From: Candidatus Electrothrix sp. GW3-4
GTDB taxonomy: Bacteria > Desulfobacterota > Desulfobulbia > Desulfobulbales > Desulfobulbaceae
Reading direction: 5' to 3'
DNA: 32,000 nt
NCBI RefSeq assembly: GCF_037902255.1
Contig: NZ_CP147990.1
Span: 4,080,001 to 4,112,000 of the forward strand
Shown piece after piece: positions 1 through 8,105 of this stretch; positions within the stretch are counted from its first letter, which is position 1, and every line of letters begins with the position of its first letter. The notes under the pieces were generated by a model. That model was not told the DNA's origin. It searched no databases and was given only the letters and a program-made list of their open reading frames with translations. The position numbers and the translations under genes were made by a program.

Positions 1-531
1 ACCATCCATATCAGTTTGAGAACCAAGGGCAAACATGGCCCAGTTGCGAACATCGCCATCAGCGTCCCGACTGAGCTGGATCAGGGCAGTTATCGCTTGC
101 TCATCGTCATGACAGCTCAAGCCAAAGGTGACCCCGAATCGGACCAGCGCGTCTTCATGCAGAGCCAGCTCGACCAGCGGAGAAATGGCCCGTACATCGT
201 TGCGATGCCCTAAACTGATTGCCGCATAATGGATGACCTGATGATCAGGATCGCTGAGCAGATTGATCAGGATCTCGACCGATTCCTCATGGAATGTCCT
301 TTTCTCCCAGCCCAGCTGGGCAAGAATGTCAGCACCAACAGCACGATCTTCAGGGTCTTCACTCTCTGTCAGCTGCCTTCCCAGCTCAAACTCCTTCCAT
401 CCTCCCCGAAAATGAAGAATAGCCATGGCTTCACGGGTATCCTTATCAGAATGCATCTCCTGGCGATGGGCTTCAACCAATTCCTCTGAACTTCTCGGGT
501 CTGCTGCATACTTCCTTAATATATCTTGCAT
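1..531 (-). CDS. HEAT / PBS-lyase-like repeat protein, N-terminal 177 codons only (C-terminus lies beyond the window start)
   Basis: The minus-strand frame is open from ATG 531..529 (GAGGT 5 nt upstream) to position 1. It is missing from the ORF track because no stop lies in the window. My translation MQDILRKYAADPRSSEELVEAHRQEM... contains repeated D-x-x-V-x-x-x-A-x-x-x-LG units (DRAVGADILAQLG, HQVIHYAAISLG, DGDVRNWAMFALG). The + ORFs 16..213 and 229..489 are antisense shadows of this gene. Confidence 0.6.
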   Translation of the reverse strand, partial: MQDILRKYAADPRSSEELVEAHRQEMHSDKDTREAMAILHFRGGWKEFELGRQLTESEDPEDRAVGADILAQLGWEKRTFHEESVEILINLLSDPDHQVIHYAAISLGHRNDVRAISPLVELALHEDALVRFGVTFGLSCHDDEQAITALIQLSRDADGDVRNWAMFALGSQTDMDG

Positions 532-817
532 TAGTACCTCACACGGAGTTTAAAAAGACGTCAAGACGTAGCGGGCCTGCAACGCGAGAAAAAGACTCTG
601 TTCTGCCGGTAAATACTGATCTGCGTGGGAACCTGAGAGAGAGGTAAAGGACATAAAGAAGGATTTCAGGTTCCATACCAAAGCAAAGCTTAACCATGTT
701 GGTCGCAAAAAGTAAACAGAAACAGGTTGTTTTCCTAAAAACTCCTTCCTGAAAAGGTCATGGGCAACACGAGCTTACATACAAGAGAAGGCTGGGGATG
801 GTAAAAAGGGGAGGAGA

Positions 818-881
818 GCAACAAGAAAAGAGAGGAAAAGCGAGCAAGATGCCCAGAGGAGGAAGAGGACTCCCTGCTCGC
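818..881 (-). terminator. Weak candidate terminator after the carboxyltransferase gene
   Basis: A 7-bp stem GCGAGCA/TGCTCGC (840-846 / 875-881) encloses a large 28-nt loop. On the minus strand it is followed by the pyrimidine-rich run CTTTTCCTCTCTTTTCTT, and it starts 19 nt after the stop at 900. Confidence 0.25.
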
Positions 882-899
882 TTAGGATACGCTGCGCTG

Positions 900-2867
900 T
901 TAGTCTTCGTTGACCTCGACTTTTAAGAGCTTATCACCGACCTTGAGGGCATCGCCCACCTTAACACTGATCCTCTTCACCGTACCGCTAACCTCAGAAA
1001 GGACCGGCGTCTGCATTTTCATGGCTTCCAGTACCATAACCTGCTCGCCTTCAGCAATCTCTTGCCCTTCTTGGACATTAATCGCGCTGACATTGCCAGC
1101 AAAAGGGGCCCGGATATCGCCTGCGCTGGCCAATTCCTCAATCTCTTCCTTGGACAAGGTGACCGCTACCTGGACGCCCTGCACCACCTCTGGCTCAAAG
1201 ACATAGACCCGTTCATGGTGATCTACATTCAGGTAGACATTGGTCTCCCCCTCGTCGGTCTTCTGCACCGGTCCGACCTCCAGCAAATGCTCCTTGCCGG
1301 AATGATCCCGAAAGGTGATGCTCTCGCCCAGATCAAAGCCGCCCTGGCGAAGGAAGATGGACGGCGGCAGCACATAGGACTTACCAAAGTCTTCCTCGAA
1401 TTTAAAAAAGTTGACCGCATCATTGGGATGCTGGAGATAGAGCACCAGCTGCTGCTCTGTGGGCTCAGACCCGAGGCGCTCTGTCAGGGTCGCACGCTCC
1501 TGCTCGATATCCATGTCCTCAATATCATCAATGCCCCCTTCTTCTTCCAGGATGGTCCGCCAGTCCGGGCCAAAGACCTTTTCAAAAATCCAGTCTTCCG
1601 GCCGGTAGAAGGGGAACGGGCCGTACTTGCCCAGGAGGAGATTTTTCAGGTCCCCGGACGGTGATTCATAGCGCCCATTCTGGACATTGGAAACCGCTGT
1701 GGTCCAGAGGATCTGAGAACCAGGAGTCACGCTCCAGTAGTTGCCCAATTCCTTCTGCACCTTGGGCAGCTCCTTGTGAAGAATGTCCGGCATCTTGTCC
1801 AGGAAGCCACCCTTCACGGCCTGCTCCAGGCTGGAGCCCATGGCACCGCCAGGCAGTTTATGGATCTGCACGGTGGGCTGGAATCCCTTGATCTGGGACT
1901 CAAACTGGGCATAGTGCTGACGTTCATCCCGGATAATATCAGAGGACTGGATCACCGCCTCTTCATCAATACTCACTGCGGTCTTCCCCAGGTCCTTCAG
2001 GGTCTGGATAACGGTCAGGATGGGCGGAGGACCGTAAAAACCGGTAAAGGAGTGATCAGAGGCATCAACGATCTTGGCCCCGTTCATGACCGCCTCGACG
2101 ATACGGCCTACATCGTTGCCATCGGTATTATGGCCATGGTAATGGATGATGATATCGGGATAGGCCTGCTTGATGGCATCCACCAGCTCACCGATGCGGC
2201 GCGGGGTGCCCAAGCCGCCGTGGTTCTTGATGCAGAGGGTGATCTCCTCGCCAGTGACATCCAGGATATCCTGGACCTTCTTGACATAGTACTCGTTGGT
2301 ATGCTCTGGTCCGGTGGAGAAACAGATGCAGGGCTCATTGATCTTGCCAGCCTTGGCCACTTCTTCAAACACGGCCTGCATGTTGGGAATATGGTTCATG
2401 AAGTCAAAGGTCCGCCAGACATCAACGTACTTGGCAAACTCCCGAACCGTAAAGCGGATCACGTTCTGTGGGTACGGGCGGTAGCCGAACAGGTTCACGC
2501 CCCGACAGAGGGTCTGGAACATGGTGTTGGGCATGGCCTCGCGCAGCAATTCCAGCTTGAGAAAGGGATCCACCTGCTTGCGCAGGATATCCACATGCAC
2601 CGAGGCACCACCGGTGATCTCCAAAGAAAAATATCCAGCTGCCTCCCTGGCCTTGGCCGCCATCAAATCGGTGTGCAGCAGGATCCTGTTTTTATAATCG
2701 GACTGGGACATGTCCCGGGCCGTATTGGTAATATAATAGCCGTCAGCCTCACGCACTGCCTTCAGCACTGCTGCTGTCTCCATATCCTGGGTAATTCGTG
2801 TCATAACTCTGTATCCGTGAAGTGTTCGTTGATTATCCGTTTTCTTTCGATCCCCTGCTCGGGTCAT
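900..2867 (-). CDS. Biotin-dependent carboxylase, carboxyltransferase + C-terminal biotin-carrier subunit (pyruvate carboxylase subunit B / oxaloacetate decarboxylase alpha / 2-oxoglutarate carboxylase large-subunit type)
   Basis: Features seen: an HMGL-like TIM-barrel region (HYHGHNTDG His cluster, IKNHGG Lys), a PYC_OADA-like segment (KLPGGAMGSSLEQ...VTPGSQILW), and a C-terminal biotinyl domain with EAMKMQ. It lies directly downstream of the biotin carboxylase gene. An alternative start is ATG 2804 (MTRITQDMETAAV...). Confidence 0.9.
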   Translation of the reverse strand: MTRAGDRKKTDNQRTLHGYRVMTRITQDMETAAVLKAVREADGYYITNTARDMSQSDYKNRILLHTDLMAAKAREAAGYFSLEITGGASVHVDILRKQVDPFLKLELLREAMPNTMFQTLCRGVNLFGYRPYPQNVIRFTVREFAKYVDVWRTFDFMNHIPNMQAVFEEVAKAGKINEPCICFSTGPEHTNEYYVKKVQDILDVTGEEITLCIKNHGGLGTPRRIGELVDAIKQAYPDIIIHYHGHNTDGNDVGRIVEAVMNGAKIVDASDHSFTGFYGPPPILTVIQTLKDLGKTAVSIDEEAVIQSSDIIRDERQHYAQFESQIKGFQPTVQIHKLPGGAMGSSLEQAVKGGFLDKMPDILHKELPKVQKELGNYWSVTPGSQILWTTAVSNVQNGRYESPSGDLKNLLLGKYGPFPFYRPEDWIFEKVFGPDWRTILEEEGGIDDIEDMDIEQERATLTERLGSEPTEQQLVLYLQHPNDAVNFFKFEEDFGKSYVLPPSIFLRQGGFDLGESITFRDHSGKEHLLEVGPVQKTDEGETNVYLNVDHHERVYVFEPEVVQGVQVAVTLSKEEIEELASAGDIRAPFAGNVSAINVQEGQEIAEGEQVMVLEAMKMQTPVLSEVSGTVKRISVKVGDALKVGDKLLKVEVNED

Positions 2868-2884
2868 TCCGCCGATGGCAAGGA

Positions 2885-4327
2885 TTACGCGGCATAGGTA
2901 TTTTCACCTTTTTGATGAATCTCGGCGATGAGGCGGGCCAGTTTATTGACTTCACTGGCATCCTCTTCGTAATCCAATAAATTCTCATGGGTATCAAGAA
3001 AAGAGGTATCAAAATGGCCTTCTTGAAAATCAGGCTCTTGCAGCAGACGGAGAAAAAAAGGAATAGTTGTCTTGGGTCCGCTGATAACAAAGTTATTCAG
3101 GCAACGTCTGAGCCGATCCACGGTTTCGTGCCAGGACCAACCAAACACGGTCAACTTGACCAGCAAAGAGTCATAGACTTGGGGAATGGTATAGCCTTGG
3201 TAGCAAAAGCCGTCCAGGCGCACACCATAGCCGCCGGGTGAACGATAAACCCGCACGGTCTTGCCGCCCTCAGGCATGAAGTTATTCTTGGGGTCTTCAG
3301 CGTTAATGCGCAACTCCACCGCATGACCACGCAGCTGGACATCTTCTTGGTTAAAGAGCAGCTCTTTGCCCAGGGCGAGTTTGATCTGGGTCCGGACAAT
3401 ATCAATACCGGTGATCATCTCGGAGACGGTGTGCTCCACCTGGAGACGGGTGTTGATCTCCATGAAGTAATAGCTGCCGTCGCTGTCAAAGAGGAACTCC
3501 ACCGTGCCTGCATTGAAATAATTGGCCGCCTTGGCTGCCTGCACAGCGGTCTGGCTGATCTCTTCCTGCTGCTCCGGGCTCAGCTGGAAGGCTGGAGCGA
3601 TCTCAACCAGTTTCTGGTTACGACGCTGAATAGAACAGTCGCGGGTCCCGAGATGAACGGTATGGCCAGTCTGATCAGCAATGACCTGGACCTCAATATG
3701 CTTGGGCTTAACCACCACCTTTTCCAGGTAGACGGAATCATCGTTAAATGCGGCCTGGGCCTCTGTGCGGGCAATCCCGTACTGCTCCTCCAGCTCTTTC
3801 TCATTCTCGACCCGGCGGATACCGCGCCCACCACCACCAGAGGTTGCTTTGAGCATGATGGGATAACCGTATTTCCGGCCAAACGCCCTGGCCTCTTCCA
3901 GGCCTTCCTCACCGGCCTTCAGATTATCCGTACCCGGAACCATGGGGATACCGGCTTCAGCCATAATCCTACGGGCCATGACCTTATTGCCCAACTTGTT
4001 GATAGTATCTGAAGAAGGACCTATGAAGACAATACCTGCTTCTTCACAGGCCTTGGCAAAATCGGCATTTTCTGCCAAAAATCCATAGCCCGGATGGATC
4101 GCTGTTGCCCCGGTCTTTTGAGCGGCCTTAACAACCTTTTCGATGTTCAAATAATCACAGCGCGGACCGTCACCAAGCCAGAGAGCTTCATCGGCAATTC
4201 GTATATGTTTAGAATCATTATCAGGCGTTTCATAAATAGCTACAGCTTCATAATTTAATTCCTGGATAGCCCGGATAATCCGGATAGCTATTTCCCCCCG
4301 GTTAGCAACAAGTATTTTTGTTTTCAC
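2885..4327 (-). CDS. Biotin carboxylase subunit (pyruvate carboxylase subunit A / AccC type)
   Basis: MKTKILVANRGEIAIRIIRA at the N-terminus, an ATP-grasp region (GYPIMLKATSGGGGRGIR, EMNTRLQVEH-like FMEINTRLQVEHTV), 480 aa, and a stop 17 nt before the carboxyltransferase ORF. Confidence 0.92.
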   Translation of the reverse strand: MKTKILVANRGEIAIRIIRAIQELNYEAVAIYETPDNDSKHIRIADEALWLGDGPRCDYLNIEKVVKAAQKTGATAIHPGYGFLAENADFAKACEEAGIVFIGPSSDTINKLGNKVMARRIMAEAGIPMVPGTDNLKAGEEGLEEARAFGRKYGYPIMLKATSGGGGRGIRRVENEKELEEQYGIARTEAQAAFNDDSVYLEKVVVKPKHIEVQVIADQTGHTVHLGTRDCSIQRRNQKLVEIAPAFQLSPEQQEEISQTAVQAAKAANYFNAGTVEFLFDSDGSYYFMEINTRLQVEHTVSEMITGIDIVRTQIKLALGKELLFNQEDVQLRGHAVELRINAEDPKNNFMPEGGKTVRVYRSPGGYGVRLDGFCYQGYTIPQVYDSLLVKLTVFGWSWHETVDRLRRCLNNFVISGPKTTIPFFLRLLQEPDFQEGHFDTSFLDTHENLLDYEEDASEVNKLARLIAEIHQKGENTYAA

Positions 4328-4699
4328 TGGTTTAGCCTTTCTAAGATTTTTGATTAATGTGATGGCAGGTCAAGTTGAATAAAGCTGGATACTGCAATCG
4401 TATTTTTGAAAAAAATATGAGGGAAGGTTGTTATGATAACAGAAATTCTTCTTTTAGGCAAGTGAAAGGTCTGAAACGAGCAAGGGTATATCGCTTAAAT
4501 ATTGTTGGAACAGCAGGTTGGATGAAATGCTCCTATGAGTACACCACAAACCCTTTATGGTGTATAATATCCCCTGATGATGGCTAACGGCCGATCTATT
4601 CCCCCTGGCCAACCATATCTTTTTCCCCTTGCCTTTTCAGTCTACTAACCACCTTGGACAAGATAAGAAACTCGATCATTAACGTTTTGAGGATTGCTG

Positions 4700-5911
4700 A
4701 TGAATAAAAAGAGACAGGATAAGCCATTGAACACCCTGAGCAATGCACTCCTTATCTATTTTATTTTTATTGTACTTATTATCACGTTAATTCCATTCAA
4801 CTTTCAGATTCCAAATCAGATCGAGATTTCTTGGCATATAGGCCCCTCGGATACCATAACAAATATTTTTCTTTTTATTCCCCTTGGCTTTCTCTTCAGA
4901 CTCATACACCGCCACAAACATACCCTATATTCTCTCCCCACATTTTTCTTCGGTGCTTTCTTAAGCATCACCATTGAAATAAGTCAAATTTTCTCCCCGA
5001 GCCGCTACACTAATCCTATAGATGTGCTTACGAATGGATTTGGGGCCTGGTTGGGAGCCATTGCATTGAATATGCTGAGCAAAAAAATACGGGAGAAAGA
5101 GAGGACGAAAATTTTTGATTTAGAATTACCCCTGCTAGGACAAGTGTATCTCCTTATTCCCCTGCTATGGCTGAATGGACTTGCGCTGGGAGACGATCCG
5201 ACTCGCTTGCTCTTAATATTCCTGTTAGGCCTCTCGGGATCGTTTGTCCTCGGAATGATCTGGAAAAATCGTTGGATGCAGCATAAGACCTTTTCTCCCA
5301 AAAGATTATCTCTCATCACAGTCTGCTGGTTTATGATCGGGGTCCTTCCTTCATTTTTCCGATACCCCCTGCAGATCATGGGACAAGTCGTTCTGATAGG
5401 TATTTTTACGATGTTACTTATGCAAATTTTACAAAAAATTACTCTCAAAGAACGGCGGATAGAACAGCGGACACTTCAGATCGTATTCCCCCTGTATATC
5501 TTTTATCTGGCCTTAGCCACCTATTGGTCCAATCTCCCGGCAAGAGGAAACATCCATGACGTTTTCCAGGGAGTGGCTTTCAACAAAAGAATTGAAGTAA
5601 TCTTCCTTGCGGTTGAACTGGTCGCGTCCTACACCTTGATGGGCTATATGATTGCGGGGTTAAGAGGCAGACAAAAAGACTCTCAAGGATATACGTTCGG
5701 ACTGGCATTTTTCATAGCCTTAACGACCTCTCTTCTCACAGATTTAACAAATCCCTCCTCATCCATTGCAGATATAAATATCTCCCGAACAATTCTGGTG
5801 GGCTCCATGAGTCTCTATGGCGCTCTGATCTATAGCCTACAGCTCAACGCCATACAACGATTACGAAAAAAGCCTCACAAAGACTATAATCACGCCAACA
5901 ACCAACTCTAA
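4700..5911 (+). CDS. VanZ-like N-terminal domain fused to a ~270-aa polytopic membrane domain
   Basis: VanZ hallmarks are present: NIFLFIPLGFLF, SITIEISQIF.PSR..NPIDVLTNGFGAWLGA. Many hydrophobic segments follow them. ATG 4700 has GAGGA 6 nt upstream, whereas the track ORF begins at TTG 4694. Confidence 0.7.
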   Translation: MNKKRQDKPLNTLSNALLIYFIFIVLIITLIPFNFQIPNQIEISWHIGPSDTITNIFLFIPLGFLFRLIHRHKHTLYSLPTFFFGAFLSITIEISQIFSPSRYTNPIDVLTNGFGAWLGAIALNMLSKKIREKERTKIFDLELPLLGQVYLLIPLLWLNGLALGDDPTRLLLIFLLGLSGSFVLGMIWKNRWMQHKTFSPKRLSLITVCWFMIGVLPSFFRYPLQIMGQVVLIGIFTMLLMQILQKITLKERRIEQRTLQIVFPLYIFYLALATYWSNLPARGNIHDVFQGVAFNKRIEVIFLAVELVASYTLMGYMIAGLRGRQKDSQGYTFGLAFFIALTTSLLTDLTNPSSSIADINISRTILVGSMSLYGALIYSLQLNAIQRLRKKPHKDYNHANNQL

Positions 5912-5956
5912 ATTCTATAAAAAACGAGAAGATACCAACCAGCTCTCTGTAGATAT

Positions 5957-5987
5957 AAAAAGGGGCTCGCTGAGCAGCCCCTTTTTT
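5957..5987. terminator. Bidirectional intrinsic terminator between the convergent VanZ-like and carbonic anhydrase genes
   Basis: AAAAA-GGGGCT-CGCTGAGC-AGCCCC-TTTTTT: a 6-bp GC stem (5962-5967 / 5976-5981) flanked by an A-run and a T-run. Confidence 0.7.
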
Positions 5988-6023
5988 CAAACAGGATCAA
6001 CGGAAGGTCGGGTCGCGCAGGTG

Positions 6024-6761
6024 TTACTGCAAAAGCGGGCGGGCATTGACCGGCTGCACCGGACGATTATTGGGATGCTCCAGGGCCTCGGCAAGCTGCT
6101 TGACCTGTGCTTCTGAGACCGGAACGGGATTTTTCATGACCAGCCAGAGCACACCCTCGGTACAGGGCGGAGTGGTCAGCGAGCCGTTAAAACGGTAGTA
6201 CTCCTTGTTCTCCGGCATCAGGTGGTCCGCTCTGACCTGTGAGGCCATCCCTGCCTTCTTGCCCGCTTCAGCAGGCATCTGCTGCCATACCTTTTTCAGC
6301 TCAGCATTCTCCTCGCCAATATCGTACATCACCGCGATAACAGCAAGGTTACCGTCGGTGTCAGTATGGACGAAATGGGCTTCCATAGGGAATTGTTCAC
6401 CGTTAATCAGGTTTTCACTGGGGGTGTGAAAATGGAACTGCTTTAGGGCAAAGGTCTTTCCGTTCACCGTCATGGTCGAGCCTGCGGTGTAATCGGCCTG
6501 AATGGCATGGCCGTTATGTACCACTTCAGTTGCCAACCCTGTGTAATTAAAGCTGATGGGCTCCAGTTCTGCTTCAACAAGATCGGTCATATTGATCGGT
6601 GATTGATTGACGCCAGTCGCACAGAGGGCATAGGCCGGGTCTAAGGCACCCCAATGCTCGGGAGCACCTTCCCCGGTGTATCCCCAGTGCCCGCCCGAGG
6701 CCAGGGCATTTCCTGTCATCAACGTCAGTGCTACGGTGACAGCTGACATTATTTTTTTCAT
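6024..6761 (-). CDS. Alpha-class carbonic anhydrase, secreted (Sec signal peptide)
   Basis: HWGYTGEGAPEHWG, QSPINM, and the zinc-ligand histidines in QFHFHTPSE and EAHFVH. The signal peptide is MKKIMSAVTVALTLMTGNALA-SG. ATG 6761 has AGGAG upstream. The track ORF's 27 extra N-terminal codons (to 6842) are probably not translated. Confidence 0.9.
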   Translation of the reverse strand: MKKIMSAVTVALTLMTGNALASGGHWGYTGEGAPEHWGALDPAYALCATGVNQSPINMTDLVEAELEPISFNYTGLATEVVHNGHAIQADYTAGSTMTVNGKTFALKQFHFHTPSENLINGEQFPMEAHFVHTDTDGNLAVIAVMYDIGEENAELKKVWQQMPAEAGKKAGMASQVRADHLMPENKEYYRFNGSLTTPPCTEGVLWLVMKNPVPVSEAQVKQLAEALEHPNNRPVQPVNARPLLQ

Positions 6762-6971
6762 ATTATTTCTTCTCCTGTTCGGCAGTTGGCAACAGACTGT
6801 ACCGGTTGGATTTTTTCTTAGGGATTTTTCAAAAAATAACAAGTAGGCGCCCCTCCAGTATTTCCCTCAAAAGCGCTCCCCCCGGCCTGCGGCCAGGACC
6901 AAACTTCGAAATAACAGTGCGGTACTCATCATGTTACTTAGAAGCATGGCAAGTTATTTCTTGTTGCCCCC

Positions 6972-7976
6972 TTATAACGGCTTATTGGCTTCCATGTGCA
7001 GGACCAGATCAAGCATCCGGTTGGAATAGCCCCATTCGTTATCATACCAGGACATGATCTTGACCGTGGTTCCCAGTACGCGAGTACAGAGGCCATCCAC
7101 AATGGAGGAATGGGGATCGCCCTGGAAGTCAATAGACACCAGAGGCTCATCGCAATAGCGCAGAAAACGACCATCTGCCTCCTGAAGGGCCTTATTAACT
7201 TCTTCCACCGTGGTCTCGCGCTCAACCTCCATAACCACATCCACCAGCGAAACGTCAGGGGTAGGAACCCGAACAGCTAACCCGTCAAATTTATTTTTCA
7301 GCTCCGGGATAATCAAGGCCACGGCTGAGGCAGCACCGGTCTTGGTCGGAATCATGGACATGGCAGCGGCCCGCGCCCGACGCAGGTCAGGATGGGGAAA
7401 ATCCAGCAGACGCTGGTCCCCGGTATAGGCGTGAACGGTGGTCATCAGGCCCTGTTTTATACCAAAATTATTCAGGATAACCTGGGCCACAGGGGCAAGA
7501 CAGTTGGTTGTACAGGAGGCATTGGAAACAATATGATGCGCGGTCGGATCATATTCATCCTCATTCACCCCCATGACAAAGGTCTTTACCCCACCCTTTG
7601 CTGGCGCAGAAATAATGACCTTAGAAGCCCCAGCATCAATATGGACGCCTGCCGATTCCTGGTCCCTGAAAAGACCAGTACATTCGAGGACATATTCCGC
7701 ACTCAACTCTTTCCAAGGAATATCTGCGGGGTTCCGATGGTTGGTTACCTGTATTTCCCGCCCTTCAACAATAATGCCCTTATCACTGCTTGTGATATCG
7801 GCCCGACTTACTCCCATAACCGAATCGTATTTTAATAAATGGGCAATGGTCTTATTATCGGTAAGATCGTTGATGCCGACCACTTCAATATCTGCAAATG
7901 CCCCGTCTTCACTGAGTGCCCGAAAGATATTTCTTCCAATGCGTCCAAAACCGTTAATACCGATTTTTATGCTCAT
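6972..7976 (-). CDS. gap: Glyceraldehyde-3-phosphate dehydrogenase, type I
   Basis: MSIKIGINGFGRIGRN, the active site SNASCTTNCLAP, WYDNEWGYS, and an AAGGAAG RBS. Confidence 0.95.
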   Translation of the reverse strand: MSIKIGINGFGRIGRNIFRALSEDGAFADIEVVGINDLTDNKTIAHLLKYDSVMGVSRADITSSDKGIIVEGREIQVTNHRNPADIPWKELSAEYVLECTGLFRDQESAGVHIDAGASKVIISAPAKGGVKTFVMGVNEDEYDPTAHHIVSNASCTTNCLAPVAQVILNNFGIKQGLMTTVHAYTGDQRLLDFPHPDLRRARAAAMSMIPTKTGAASAVALIIPELKNKFDGLAVRVPTPDVSLVDVVMEVERETTVEEVNKALQEADGRFLRYCDEPLVSIDFQGDPHSSIVDGLCTRVLGTTVKIMSWYDNEWGYSNRMLDLVLHMEANKPL

Positions 7977-8105
7977 GATGTCTTCCTTTTCTCTGTTAGT
8001 TCCTGAAAAATGACTTCCCTGGCAAATACATCCATCCTTCTCTTCAAGAGGACGTCAGGTGCAGAAAAAGGGATATCCTGTGCCAGCAGCCTGTTCGCCC
8101 TGTTT

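Noticed and set aside
16-489. Track ORFs 16..213 and 229..489 on the + strand
   Set aside because: The minus strand carries an uninterrupted 177-codon frame with a good RBS and HEAT-like repeats. The + ORFs are its antisense products.
1776-2897. A 373-aa + strand ORF, plus 1062..1664, 910..1206 and 3323..4012, opposite the carboxylase genes
   Set aside because: These ORFs are entirely antisense to genes with strong family motifs. Their translations are low-complexity (Gly/Leu/His/Asp-rich) with no recognisable motif, which is typical of shadow ORFs.
4375-4587. A 70-aa TTG-initiated ORF in the pycA/VanZ divergent spacer, and 19172..19441 (89 aa, TTG) upstream of ispA
   Set aside because: Both have non-ATG starts and no SD, and their composition is typical of intergenic DNA. 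The second is created largely by the repeat element and the promoter-like A+T-rich leader.
6762-6842. The 27-codon N-terminal extension of the carbonic anhydrase ORF, and likewise 23420..23452 for the oxidoreductase
   Set aside because: Internal ATGs with strong AGGAG/AGGAGG sites give a proper signal peptide (CA) or a conventional N-terminus. The extensions lack an RBS.
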